A DNA stretch of 64,000 bases from Eledone cirrhosa (lineage: Eukaryota), in NCBI GenBank assembly GCA_964016885.1, contig OZ024751.1, positions 43,648,001 to 43,712,000 on the forward strand, read 5' to 3'. The notes beneath the pieces are model-generated. The model saw only the letters and a program-made list of their open reading frames with translations, did no database searches and was not told the DNA's origin. Positions 27,301 through 43,449 of the stretch are shown here, piece after piece (position 1 is the stretch's first letter; every line of letters begins with the position of its first letter). Both the position numbers and the translations under genes were made by a program.

Positions 27301-30300
27301 CACAGTATATGAGGTGTATTTTGTCATGACACCAGCACTACCACTTTACACAGTATATGAGGTGTATTTTGTCAAGACACTAGCACTACCACTTTACACA
27401 GTATATGAAGTGTATTTTGTCATGACACTAGCACTACCACTTTACTCAGTATATGAGGTGTATTTTGTCATGGCACCAGCACTACCACTTTACACAGTAT
27501 ATGAGGTGTATTTTGTCATGACACCAGCACTACCACTTTACACAGTATATGAAGTGTATTTTGTCATGACACTAGCACTACCACTTTACACAGTATATGA
27601 GGTGTATTTTGTCATGACACTAGCACTACCACTTTACACAGTATATGAAGTGTATTTTGTCATGACACTAGCACTACCACTTTACACAGTATATGAGGTG
27701 TATTTTGTCATGACACTAGCACTACCACTTTACACAGTATATGAGGTGTATTTTGTAATGACACCAGCACTACCACTTTACACAGTATATGAGGTGTATT
27801 TTGTCATGGCACTAGCACTACCACTTTACACAGTATATGAAGTGTATTTTGTCATGACACTAGCACTACCACTTTACACAGTATATGAAGTGTATTTTGT
27901 CATGACACTAGCTCTACCACTTTACACAGTATATGAAGTGTATTTTGTCATGACACCAGCACTACCACTTTACACAGTACATGAGGTGTATTTTGTCATG
28001 GCACCAGCACTACCACTTTACACAGTATATGAGGTGTATTTTGTCATGACACTAGCTCTACCACTTTACACAGTATATGAGATGTATTTTGTCATGACAC
28101 CAGCACTACCACTTTACACAGTATATGAGGTGTATTTTGTCATAACACTAGCACTACCACTTTACGCAGTATATGAAGTGTATTTTGTCATGACACTAGC
28201 AGTACCACTTTACACAGTATATGAGGTGTATTTTGTCATGACACTAGCACTACCACTTTACACAGTATATGAGGTGTATTTTGTCATGACACTAGCACTA
28301 CCACTTTACACAGTATATGAGATGTATTTTGTCATGACACCAGCACTACCACTTTACACAGTATATGAGGTGTATTTTGTCAAGACACTAGCACTACCAC
28401 TTTACGCAGTATATGAAGTGTATTTTGTCATGACACTAGCACTACCACTTTACACAGTATATGAGGTGTATTTTGTCATGACACCAGCACTACCACTTTA
28501 CACAGTATATGAGGTGTATTTTGTCATGACACTAGCACTACCACTTTACACAGTATATGAGGTGTATTTTGTCATGACACTAGCACTACCACTTTACACA
28601 GTATATGAGGTGTATTTTGTCATGACACCAGCACTACCACTTTACACAGTATATGAGGTGTATTTTGTCATGACACTAGCACTACCACTTTACGCAGTAT
28701 ATGAAGTGTATTTTGTCATGACACTAGCACTACCACTTTACACAGTATATGAGGTGTATTTTGTCATCACACTAGCACTACCACTTTACACAGTATATGA
28801 GGTGTATTTTGTCATGACACTAGCACTACCACTTTACACAGTATATGAGATGTATTTTGTCATGACACCAGCACTACCACTTTACACAGCATATGAGGTG
28901 TATTATGTCAAGACACTAGCACTACCACTTTACACAGTATATGAGGTGTATTTTGTCACTACACTAGCACTACCACTTTACACAGTATTTGAGGTGTATT
29001 TTGTCATGGCACCAGCACTACCACTTTACACAGTATATGAGGTGTATTTTGTCATGACACTAGCACTACCACTTTACACAGTATATGAGGTGTATTTTGT
29101 CATGACACTAGCACTACCACTTTACACAGTATATGAGGTGTATTTTGTCATGACACCAGCACTACCACTTTACACAGTATATGAGGTGTATTTTGTCAAG
29201 ACACTAGCACTACCACTTTACACAGTATATGAAGTGTATTTTGTCATGACACTAGCACTACCACTTTACTCAGTATATGAGGTGTATTTTGTCATGGCAC
29301 CAGCACTACCACTTTACACAGTATATGAGGTGTATTTTGTCATGACACCAGCACTACCACTTTACACAGTATATGAAGTGTATTTTGTCATGACACTAGC
29401 ACTACCACTTTACACAGTATATGAGGTGTATTTTGTCATGACACTAGCACTACCACTTTACACAGTATATGAAGTGTATTTTGTCATGACACTAGCACTA
29501 CCACTTTACACAGTATATGAGGTGTATTTTGTCATGACACTAGCACTACCACTTTACACAGTATATGAGGTGTATTTTGTAATGACACCAGCACTACCAC
29601 TTTACACAGTATATGAGGTGTATTTTGTCATGGCACTAGCACTACCACTTTACACAGTATATGAAGTGTATTTTGTCATGACACTAGCACTACCACTTTA
29701 CACAGTATATGAAGTGTATTTTGTCATGACACTAGCTCTACCACTTTACACAGTATATGAAGTGTATTTTGTCATGACACCAGCACTACCACTTTACACA
29801 GTACATGAGGTGTATTTTGTCATGACACCAGCACTACCACTTTACACAGTATATGAAGTGTATTTTGTCATGACACTAGCTCTACCACTTTACACAGTAT
29901 ATGAAGTGTATTTTGTCATGACACCAGCACTACCACTTTACACAGTATATGAGGTATATTTTGTCATGACACCAGCACTACCACTTTACACAGTATATAA
30001 GGTGTATTTTGTCATGACACTAGCTCTACCACTTTACACAGTATATGAGGTGTATTTTGTCATGACACTAGCACTACCACTTTACACAGTATATGAGGTG
30101 TATTTTGTCATGACACTAGCACTACCACTTTACACAGTGTATGAGGTGTATTTTGTCATGACACTAGCACAACCACTTTACACAGTATGTGAGGTGTATT
30201 TTGTCATGGCACCAGCACTACCACTTTACACAGTATATGAGGTGTATTTTGTCATGACACTAGCACAACCACTTTACACAGTATGTGAGGTGTATTTTGT

Positions 30301-33300
30301 CATGGCACCAGCACTACCACTTTACACAGTATATGAGGTGTATTTTGTCATGACACTAGCACTACCACTTTACACAGTATATGAGGTGTATTTTGTCATG
30401 GCACCAGCACTACCACTTTACACAGTATATGAGGTGTATTTTGTCATGACACTAGCTCTACCACTTTACACAGTATATGAAGTGTATTTTGTCATGACAC
30501 CAACACTACCACTTTACACAGTATATGAAGTGTATTTTGTCATGACACCAGCACTACCACTTTACACAGTATATGAGGTGTATTTTGTCATGACACTAGC
30601 TCTACCACTTTACACAGTATATGAAGTGTATTTTGTCATGACACCAGCACTACCACTTTACACAGTATATGAAGTGTATTTTGTCATGACACCAGCACTA
30701 CCACTTTACACAGTATATGAGGTGTATTTTGTCATGACACTAGCTCTACCACTTTACACAGTATATGAGGTGTATTTTGTCATGACACTAGCACTACCAC
30801 TTTACACAGTATATGAAGTGTATTTTGTCATGGCACCAGCACTACCACTTTACACAGTATATGAGGTGTATTTTGTCATGACACTAGCTCTACCACTGTA
30901 CACAGTATATGAGGTGTATTTTGTCATGACACTAGCACTACCACTTTACACAGTATATGAAGTGTATTTTGTCATGACACCAGCACTACCACTTTACACA
31001 GTATATGAGGTGTATTTTGTCATGACACTAGCTCTACCACTTTACACAGTATATGAGGTGTATTTTATCATGACACTAGCTCTACCACTTTACACAGTAT
31101 ATGAAGTGTATTTTGTCATGACACCAGCACTACCACTTTACACAGTATATGAAGTGTATTTTGTCATGACACTAGCACTACCACTTTACACAGTATATGA
31201 GGTGTATTTTGTCATGACACTAGCACTACCACTTTACACAGTATATGGAGTGTATTTTGTCATGACACCAGCACTACCACTTTACACAGTATATGAAGTG
31301 TATTTTGTCATGACACTAGCACTACCACTTTACACAGTATATGAAGTGTATTTTGTCATGGCACTAGCACTACCACTTTACACAGTATATGAGGTGTATT
31401 TTGTCATGACACTAGCACTACCACTTTACACAGTATATGAGGTGTATTTTGTCATGACACCAGCACTACCACTTTACACAGTATATGAGGTGTATTTTGT
31501 CATGGCACTAGCACTACCACTTTACACAGTATATGAGGTGTATTTTCTCATGACACCAGCACTACCACTTTACACAGTATATGAGGTGTATTTTGTCATG
31601 ACACTAGCACTACCACTTTACACAGTATATGAAGTGTATTTTGTCATGACACCAGCACTACCACTTTACACAGTATATGAGGTGTATTTTGTCATGGCAC
31701 TAGCACTACCACTTTACACAGTATATGAAGTGTATTTTGTCATGACACCAGCTCTACCACTTTACACAGTATATGAGGTGTATTTTGTCATGACACTAAC
31801 ACTACCACTTTACACAGTATATGAGGTGTATTTTGTCATGACACCAGCACTACCACTTTACACAGTATATGAGGTGTATTTTGTCATGACACTAGCACTA
31901 CCACTTTACACAGTATGTGAAGTGTATTTTGTCATGACACCAGCACTACCACTTTACACAGTATATGAGGTGTATTTTGTCATGGCACTAGCACTACCAC
32001 TTTACACAGTATATGAAGTGTATTTTGTCATGACACCAGCACTACCACTTTACACAGTATATGAGGTGTATTTTGTCATGACACTAGCTCTACCACTTTA
32101 CACAGTATATGAAGTATATTTTGTTATGACACCAGCACTACCACTTTACACAGTATATGAGGTGTATTTTGTCATGGCACCAGCACTACCACTTTACACA
32201 GTATATGAGGTGTATTTTGTCATGGCACTAGCACTACCACTTTACACAGTATATGAAGTGTATTTTGTCATGACACCAGCACTACCACTTTACACAGTAT
32301 ATGAGGTGTATTTTGTCATGACACTAGCACTACCACTTTACACAGTATATGAAGTGTATTTTGTCATGGCACCAGCACTACCACTTTACACAGTATATGA
32401 GGTGTATTTTGTCATGACACTAGCTCTACCACTGTACACAGTATATGAGGTGTATTTTGTCATGACACTAGCACTACCACTTTACACAGTATATGAAGTG
32501 TATTTTGTCATGACACCAGCACTACCACTTTACACAGTATATGAGGTGTATTTTGTCATGACACTAGCTCTACCACTTTACACAGTATATGAGGTGTATT
32601 TTATCATGACACTAGCTCTACCACTTTACACAGTATATGAAGTGTATTTTGTCATGACACCAGCACTACCACTTTACACAGTATATGAAGTGTATTTTGT
32701 CATGACACTAGCACTACCACTTTACACAGTATATGAGGTGTATTTTGTCATGACACTAGCACTACCACTTTACACAGTATATGGAGTGTATTTTGTCATG
32801 ACACCAGCACTACCACTTTACACAGTATATGAGGTGTATTTTGTCATGACACTAGCTCTACCACTTTACACAGTATATGAAGTGTATTTTGTCATGACAC
32901 CAGCACTACCACTTTACACAGTATATGAGGTGTATTTTGTCATGGCACCAGCACTACCACTTTACACAGTATATGAGGTGTATTTTGTCATGGCACTAGC
33001 ACTACCACTTTACACAGTATATGAAGTGTATTTTGTCATGACACCAGCACTACCACTTTACACAGTATTGAGGTGTATTTTGTCATGACACTAGCACTAC
33101 CACTTTACACAGTATATGAAGTGTATTTTGTCATGGCACCAGCACTACCACTTTACACAGTATATGAGGTGTATTTTGTCATGACACTAGCTCTACCACT
33201 GTACACAGTATATGAGGTGTATTTTGTCATGACACTAGCACTACGACTTTACACAGTATATGAAGTGTATTTTGTCATGACACCAGCACTACCACTTTAC

Positions 33301-36300
33301 ACAGTATATGAGGTGTATTTTGTCATGACACTAGCTCTACCACTTTACACAGTATATGAGGTGTATTTTATCATGACACTAGCTCTACCACTTTACACAG
33401 TATATGAAGTGTATTTTGTCATGACACCAGCACTACCACTTTACACAGTATATGAAGTGTATTTTGTCATGACACTAGCACTACCACTTTACACAGTATA
33501 TGAGGTGTATTTTGTCATGACACTAGCACTACCACTTTACACAGTATATGGAGTGTATTTTGTCATGACACCAGCACTACCACTTTACACAGTATATGAA
33601 GTGTATTTTGTCATGACACTAGCACTACCACTTTACACAGTATATGAAGTGTATTTTGTCATGGCACTAGCACTACCACTTTACACAGTATATGAGGTGT
33701 ATTTTGTCATGACACTAGCACTACCACTTTACACAGTATATGAGGTGTATTTTGTCATGACACCAGCACTACCACTTTACACAGTATATGAGGTGTATTT
33801 TGTCATGGCACTAGCACTACCACTTTACACAGTATATGAGGTGTATTTTCTCATGACACCAGCACTACCACTTTACACAGTATATGAGGTGTATTTTGTC
33901 ATGACACTAGCACTACCACTTTACACAGTATATGAAGTGTATTTTGTCATGACACCAGCACTACCACTTTACACAGTATATGAGGTGTATTTTGTCATGG
34001 CACTAGCACTACCACTTTACACAGTATATGAAGTGTATTTTGTCATGACACCAGCACTACCACTTTACACAGTATATGAGGTGTATTTTGTCATGGCACT
34101 AGCACTACCACTTTACACAGTATATGAAGTGTATTTTGTCATGACACCAGCTCTACCACTTTACACAGTATATGAGGTGTATTTTGTCATGACACTAGCA
34201 CTACCACTTTACACAGTATATGAGGTGTATTTTGTCATGACACCAGCACTACCACTTTACACAGTATATGAGGTGTATTTTGTCATGACACCAGCACTAC
34301 CACTTTACACAGTATATGAGGTGTATTTTGTCATGACACTAGCACTACCACTTTACACAGTATGTGAAGTGTATTTTGTCATGACACCAGCACTACCACT
34401 TTACACAGTATATGAGGTGTATTTTGTCATGGCACTAGCACTACCACTTTACACAGTATATGAAGTGTATTTTGTCATGACACCAGCACTACCACTTTAC
34501 ACAGTATATGAGGTGTATTTTGTCATGACACTAGCTCTACCACTTTACACAGTATATGAAGTGTATTTTGTCATGACACCAGCACTACCACTTTACACAG
34601 TATATGAGGTGTATTTTGTCATGGCACCAGCACTACCACTTTACACAGTATATGAGGTGTATTTTGTCATGACACTAGCACTACCACTTTACACAGTATA
34701 TGAGGTGTATTTTGTCATGACACCAGCACTACCACTTTACACAGTATATGAGGTGTATTTTGTCATGGCACTAGCACTACCACTTTACACAGTATATGAA
34801 GTGTATTTTGTCATGACACCAGCACTACCACTTTACACAGTATATGAGGTGTATTTTGTCATGGCACTAGCACTACCACTTTACACAGTATATGAAGTGT
34901 ATTTTGTCATGACACCAGCACTACCACTTTACACAGTATATGAGGTGTATTTTGTCATGACACCAGCACTACCACTTTACACAGTATATGAGGTGTATTT
35001 TGTCATGACACTAGCACTACCACTTTACACAGTATATGAAGTGTATTTTGTCATGACACTAGCACTACCACTTTACACAGTATATGAAGTGTATTTTGTC
35101 ATGACACTAGCACTACCACTTTACACAGTATATGAAGTGTATTTTGTCATGACACCAGCACTACCACTTTACACAGTATATGAGGTGTATTTTGTCATGA
35201 CACCAGCACTACCACTTTACACAGTATATGAGGTGTATTTTGTCATGGCACTAGCACTACCACTTTACACAGTATATGAAGTGTATTTTGTCATGACACC
35301 AGCACTACCACTTTACACAGTATATGAGGTGTATTTTGTCATGACACCAGCACTACCACTTTACACAGTATATGAGGTGTATTTTGTCATGACACCAGCA
35401 CTACCACTTTACACAGTATATGAGGTGTATTTTGTCATGACACCAGCTCTACCACTTTACACAGTATATGAGGTGTATTTTGTCATGACACTAGCACTAC
35501 CACTTTACACAGTATATGAGGTGTATTTTGTCATGACACCAGCACTACCACTTTACACAGTATATGAGGTGTATTTTGTCATGACACCAGCACTAACACT
35601 TTACACAGTATATGAGGTGTATTTTGTCATGACACTAGCACTACCACTTTACACAGTATATGAGGTGTATTTTGTCATGACACTAGCACTACCACTTTAC
35701 ACAGTATATGAAGTGTATTATGTCATGACACCAGCACTACCACTTTACACAGTATATGAGGTGTATTTTGTCATGACACTAGCACTACCACTTTACACAG
35801 TATATGAAGTGTATTATGTCATGACACCAGCACTACCACTTTACACAGTATATGAGGTGTATTTTGTCATGGCACTAGCACTACCACTTTACATAGTATA
35901 TGAAGTGTATTTTGTCATGACACCAGCACTACCACTTTACACAGTATATGAGGTGTATTTTGTCATGACAACAGCACTACCACTTTACACAGTATATGAG
36001 GTGTATTTTGTCATGACACCAGCTCTACCACTTTACACAGTATATGAGATGTATTTTGTCATGACACTAGCACTACCACTTTACACAGTATATGAGGTGT
36101 ATTTTGTCATGACACTAGCACTACCACTTTACACAGTATATGAGGTGTATTTTGTCATGACACCAGCACTACCACTTTACACAGTATATGAGGTGTATTT
36201 TGTCATGACACTTGCACTACCACTTTACACAGTATATGAAGTGTATTTTGTCATGACACCAGCACTACCACTTTACACAGTATATGAGGTGTATTTTGTC

Positions 36301-39300
36301 ATGACACCAGCACTACCACTTTACACAGTATATGAGGTGTATTTTGTCATGACACCAGCTCTACCACTTTACACAGTATATGAGGTGTATTTTGTCATGA
36401 CACTAGCACTACCACTTTACACAGTATATGAGGTGTATTTTGTCATGACACCAGCACTACCACTTTACACAGTATATGAGGTGTATTTTGTCATGACACC
36501 AGCACTACCACTTTACACAGTATATGAGGTGTATTTTGTCATGACACTAGCACTACCACTTTACACAGTATATGAGGTGTATTTTGTCATGACACTAGCA
36601 CTACCACTTTACACAGTATATGAAGTGTATTATGTCATGACACCAGCACTACCACTTTACACAGTATATGAGGTGTATTTTGTCATGACACTAGCACTAC
36701 CACTTTACACAGTATATGAAGTGTATTATGTCATGACACCAGCACTACCACTTTACACAGTATATGAGGTGTATTTTGTCATGGCACTAGCACTACCACT
36801 TTACACAGTATATGAAGTGTATTTTGTCATGACACCAGCACTACCACTTTACACAGTATATGAGGTGTATTTTGTCATGACAACAGCACTACCACTTTAC
36901 ACAGTATATGAGGTGTATTTTGTCATGACACCAGCTCTACCACTTTACACAGTATATGAGATGTATTTTGTCATGACACTAGCACTACCACTTTACACAG
37001 TATATGAGGTGTATTTTGTCATGACACTAGCACTACCACTTTACACAGTATATGAGGTGTATTTTGTCATGACACCAGCACTACCACTTTACACAGTATA
37101 TGAGGTGTATTTTGTCATGACACTTGCACTACCACTTTACACAGTATATGAAGTGTATTTTGTCATGACACCAGCACTACCACTTTACACAGTATATGAG
37201 GTGTATTTTGTCATGACACCAGCACTACCACTTTACACAGTATATGAGGTGTATTTTGTCATGGCACTAGCACTACCACTTTACACAGTATATGAAGTGT
37301 ATTTTGTCATGACACCAGCACTACCACTTTACACAGTATATGAAGTGTATTTTGTCATGGCACTAGCACTACCACTTTACACAGTATATGAAGTGTATTT
37401 TGTCATGACACCAGCACTACCACTTTACACAGTATATGAGGTGTATTTTGTCATGACACCAGCACTACCACTTTACACAGTATATGAGGTGTATTTTGTC
37501 ATGACACCAGCTCTACCACTTTACACAGTATATGAAGTGTATTTTGTCATGACACTAGCACTACCACTTTACACAGTATGTGAGGTGTATTTGTCATGAC
37601 ACCAGCACTACCACTTTACACAGTATATGAAGTGTATTTTGTCATGACACTAGCACTACCACTTTACACAGTATTTGAGGTGTATTTTGTCATGACACCA
37701 GCACTACCACTTTACACAGTATATGAGGTGTATTTTGTCATGACACTAGCTCTACCACTTTACACAGTATATGAGGTGTATTTTATCATGACACCAGCTC
37801 TACCACTTTACACAGTATATGAAGTGTATTTTGTCATGACACTAGCACTACCACTTTACACAGTATTTGAGGTGTATTTTGTCATGACACCAGCACTACC
37901 ACTTTACACAGTATGTGAGGTGTATTTGTCATGACACCATCACTACCACTTTACACAGTATATGAAGTGTATTTTGTCATGACACTAGCACTACCACTTT
38001 ACACAGTATATGAGGTGTATTTTGTCATGACACCAGTACTACCACTTTACACAGTATATGAGGTGTATTTTGTCATGACACTAGCTCTACCACTTTACAC
38101 AGTATATGAGGTGTATTTTGTCATGACACTAGCTCTACCACTTTACACAGTATATGAAGTGTATTTTGTCATGACACTAGCTCTACCACTTTACACAGTA
38201 TATGAGGTGTATTTTGTCATGACACCAGCACTACCACTTTACACAGTATATGAAGTGTATTTTGTCATGACACTAGCTCTACCACTTTACACAGTATATG
38301 AGGTGTATTTTGTCATGACACCAGCACTACCACTTTACACAGTATATGAAGTGTATTTTGTCATGACACTAGCACTACCACTTTACACAGTATTTGAGGT
38401 GTATTTTGTCATGACACCAGCACTACCACTTTACACAGTATGTGAGGTGTATTTTGTCATGACACTAGCTCTACCACTTTACACAGTATATGAAGTGTAT
38501 TTTGTCATGACACTAGCACTACCACTTTACACAGTATATGAGGTGTATTTTGTCATGACACCAGCACTACCACTTTACACAGTATATGAGGTGTATTTTG
38601 TCATGACACTAGCTCTACCACTTTACACAGTATATGAAGTGTATTTTGTCATGACACCAGCACTACCACTTTACACAGTATATTAGGTGTATTTTGTCAT
38701 GAAACTAGCTCTACCACTTTACACAGTATATGAAGTGTATTTTGTCATGACACCAGCTCTACCACTTTACACAGTATTTGAGGTGTATTTTGTCATGACA
38801 CTAGCACTACCACTTTACACAGTATATTAGGTGTATTTTGTCATGACACCAGCTCTACCACTTTACACAGTATATGAGGTGTATTTTGTCATGACACTAG
38901 CACTACCACTTTACACAGTATATGAGGTGTATTTTGTTATGACACCAGCTCTACCACTTTACACAGTATATGAGGTGTATTTTGTCATGACACCAGCTCT
39001 ACCACTTTACACAGTATATGAGGTGTATTTTGTCATGACACTAGCACTACCACTTTACACAGTATATGAGGTGTATTTTGTCATGACACTAGCACTACCA
39101 CTTTACACAGTATATGAGGTGTATTTTGTCATGACACCAGCACTACCACTTTACACAGTATGTGAGGTGTATTTGTCATGACACCAGCACTACCACTTTA
39201 CACAGTATATGAAGTGTATTTTGTCATGACACTAGCACTACCACTTTACACAGTATATGAGGTGTATTTTGTCATGACACCAGCACTACCACTTTACACA

Positions 39301-41345
39301 GTATATGAGGTGTATTTTGTCATGACACTAGCTCTACCACTTTACACAGTATATGAGGTGTATTTTGTCATGGCACCAGCACTACCACTTTACACAGTAT
39401 TTGAGGTGTATTTTGTCATGGCACTAGCACTACCACTTTACACAGTATATGAGGTGTATTTTGTCATGGCACTAGCACTACCACTTTACACAGTATATGA
39501 GGTGTATTTTGTCATGGCACTAGCACTACCACTTTACACAGTATATGAGGTGTATGTTGTCATGACACCAGCACTACCACTTTACACAGTATATGAAGTG
39601 TATTTTGTCATGGCACCAGCACTACCACTTTACACAGTATATGAGGTGTATTTTGTCATGACACCAGCACTACCACTTTACACAGTATATGAGGTGTATT
39701 TTGTCATGACACTAGCTCTACCACTTTACACAGTATATGAGGTGTATTTTGTCATGGCACCAGCACTACCACTTTACACAGTATTTGAGGTGTATTTTGT
39801 CATGGCACTAGCACTACCACTTTACACAGTATATGAGGTGTATTTTGTCATGGCACTAGCACTACCACTTTACACAGTATATGAGGTGTATTTTGTCATG
39901 GCACTAGCACTACCACTTTACACAGTATATGAGGTGTATGTTGTCATGACACCAGCACTACCACTTTACACAGTATATGAAGTGTATTTTGTCATGGCAC
40001 CAGCACTACCACTTTACACAGTATATGAGGTGTATTTTGTCATGACACCAGCACTACCACTTTACACAGTATATGAGGTGTATTTTGTCATGACACTAGC
40101 ACTACCACTTTACACAGTATATGAAGTGTATGTTGTCATGGCACTAGCACTACCACTTTACACAGTATTTGAGGTGTATTTTGTCATGACACTAGCACTA
40201 CCACTTTACACAGTATTTGAGGTGTATTTTGTCATGACACTAGCACTACCACTTTACACAGTATTTGAGGTGTATTTGTCATGGCACTAGCACTACCACT
40301 TTACACAGTATATGAGGTGTATTTTGTCATGACACCAGCACTACCACTTTACACAGTATATGAGGTGTATTTTGTCATGGCACTAGCACTACCACTTTAC
40401 ACAGTATATGAGGTGTATTTTGTCATGGCACTAGCACTACCACTTTACACAGTATTTGAGGTGTATTTTGTCATGACACTAGCACTACCACTTTACACAG
40501 TATTTGAGGTGTATTTTGTCATGACACTAGCACTACCAATTTACACAGTATTTGAGGTGTATTTGTCATGGCACTAGCACTACCACTTTACACAGTATAT
40601 GAAGTGTATTTTGTCATGGCACCAGCACTACCACTTTACACAGTATTTGAGGTGTATTTTGTCATGGCACTAGCACTACCACTTTACACAGTATATGAGG
40701 TGTATTTTGTCATGACACTAGCACTACCACTTTACACAGTATATGAGGTGTATTTTGTCATGACACTAGCACTACCACTTTACACAGTATATGAGGTGTA
40801 TTTTGTCATGACACTAGCACTACCACTTTACACAGTATATGAGGTGTATTTTGTCATGGCACTAGCACTACCACTTTACACAGTATATGAGGTGTATTTT
40901 GTCATGACACTAGCACTACCACTTTACACAGTATATGAAGTGTATTTTGTCATGGCACTAGCACTACCACTTTACACAGTATATGAGGTGTATTTTGTCA
41001 TGGCACTAGCACTACCACTTTACACAGTATATGAGGTGTATTTTGTCATGGCACTAGCACTACCACTTTACACAGTATATGAAGTGTATTTTGTCATGGC
41101 ACTAGCACTACCACTTTACACAGTATATGAGGTGTATTTTGTCATGGCACTAGCACTACCACTTTACACAGTATATGAAGTGTATTTTGTCATGGCACTA
41201 GCACTACCACTTTACACAGTATATGAAGTGTATTTTGTCATGGCACTAGCACTATCACTTTACAGAATGTACTTGGTACAAATTATTGTGACACCAGCAC
41301 TATCACTTTATAGAGTATAAGTACATTTTATTATTGTACCAGCAT
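15362..41345. repeat. ~26-kb tandem array of a 48-bp unit (~540 copies), SINE-module derived
   Basis: Consensus GTGTATTTTGTCATG(A/G)CAC(T/C)AGCACTACCACTTTACACAGTATATGA(G/A). Degenerate terminal units at both edges. Rare 42-, 47- and 49-bp variants. Confidence 0.99.
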
Positions 41346-41754
41346 TCTATGTGTGTATATGCATGTAATAACACCAGATGGTGTGGCAGTCTTCATGCTG
41401 TTGTTAGACTACTTAGCTAAATTGTCTACATTCTGTGTGAGAGAGAGTAGAAATCATTTACATTAAATTACACACACACACATACATATATATATATACG
41501 CACACACATATATATATATACATACACATATACACATAGATGTGTGGGTGTAGGTATGCATAATTACAATTAAAAAGCAGTTATGTATTTGCACATATAT
41601 GTATATTTGTATACTTGTATAAGTGAATGAGTGTTTGCATAAATATGTATGTGTGCATGTATGTATGTCAGTTTACACATACACACTCAGCATGCACATA
41701 TATCTATATACACACACAGATATACATCTATATACACCCTTATCTCTCTCTCTA

Positions 41755-41797
<43 letters not shown>

Positions 41798-42892
41798 GCC
41801 ATTATATTCTACTTCTGTCATAGCAAAGATTTAAGGTTGTCTAGAAATTGATTTCTTTGAATGAATACAATTATTTTGTTGTGTCTTTATTGTTGTTACT
41901 GTTGTTGCTATCCCTGTTGTTGCTGTTGTTGTTGATGTCACCACTATTGCTATTATTGTTGTTGATGTCACCATTATTGCTATTATTGTTGTTGATGTCT
42001 GCTCTATCAGTAAAGTGTTCAAACCTAGATCTAATTCACTACACCAGCTCATCTCACATACACTTATACACACACCAACCTATGCCTATCCATATCCCCC
42101 CCCCCCACACACACACACACCAACCCCTATCCGTCTATTGCCTTCACCCACCCACGTATCCCTCCCCCACACACCTATTAAAAAAATTGGTATTTACTAA
42201 CCTGACATAATTGTGATTGCTTTACACTTAACCTCCCCTTACACTTACCTCCACCTTGCACTTACCTTATTCCTTACACTTCATCTCCCCCCTTTCACAT
42301 CACCTCCACCTTACATATCACCCTCTCCCCTTTACACTTCACCCTCCTCTTACATAGAAGCTCCTCATTCAATTATGTTCTCCTCCTGTGTTGTTGCCTT
42401 AGACCATATCAATCATTTCGACACACAACTCTCCTTATCCCTGTTTGGATCATTCTAAGATTCCTTTACGCTTTCTTTTCCCAGAGTCTCCCAATGTCCT
42501 CCCTCAAAGTACACACCACTTCATTTTTGTGTATTTGATCAGTAGGATGGAAGGCAATGGACATCTGTCACTTTCAACAGTGAGTGTTTCCAGTTGTTTG
42601 ATCAATATATGACTGGGGGGCCCCCTATCATTAAAACACCCTAGAAACCTCTTATGAGATACAACCTACATAGGTATGAGCTGTAATAATATGTTTTACA
42701 CACCACATGTAAAACATGTTCCACAGAACTTTTTCCATCCTTTCTATTTTTTTTCTATTTTTTTTTTCCTCTTTTGATGATAAAGAACAAGCCATCGCAA
42801 ATGTAAGCAACAATTTCTCCATCCTTCGCTTCACCATGAAACTAATATTGCAGCTATGTGTTTTTATTGTTGTTCATTTATTTGAGGTTGTT

Positions 42893-43122
42893 CTTAAAAT
42901 ATTTTGTTGGGCTAAACAACAGAACAACAACAACAGCTACAACAGTTCTAAAGTGGTTCTGAAGAACAGTGGCCTCCACCCATCAACCCACTTACCTTGA
43001 CAAAATATTTTGTTGAGCTAAACAACACAGTAACCACAATAACAGCTTCTTCAAAGTGATTCTGAAAAACAGAAGCCTCACCTACCTATCCACCAACCAA
43101 CTTATGCACCTACCTTGACAAA
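42893..43122. repeat. Diverged ~106-bp tandem duplication
   Basis: aaaatattttgttg.gctaaacaaca ... aaagtg.ttctgaa.aacag ... taccttgacaaaa occurs twice. Confidence 0.75.
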
Positions 43123-43449
43123 AGTATCACAATTTGTTAAAACAGAGAGAGACAGACAGACAGAGAGACAGACAAATAGACAGACATACAGACAGACAGA
43201 TAGACAGAGAAAGAGAGATAGACAAATAGACAGACATACAGACATACAGACAGACTGCTGGTATGGAATGGTTTTTCAGTCTGAAAACAATCTGAGAAGC
43301 TGAGTTGTTTGAAGTCAACATTGCTTATGTGATTAACCAATATTCCTGGGGTGTCAGCTTTAGCAATGCTGTGTCTGCAGAGTAAAAGACAGCAATACCA
43401 AAACAGGGTTCTTTAAATATGACCCACTAATATATATATATATATATAT

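Noticed and set aside
15379-41320. Giant ORFs (1705, 4196, 1508 aa and others) of repeated MTLALPLYTVYEVYFV
   Set aside because: A 48-bp unit that lacks a stop in one frame automatically gives long ORFs. There are frameshifts (20476, 33068, 37590 and others), stops (38684, 38828), frequent non-synonymous variants, no unique domains, and the unit derives from a SINE.
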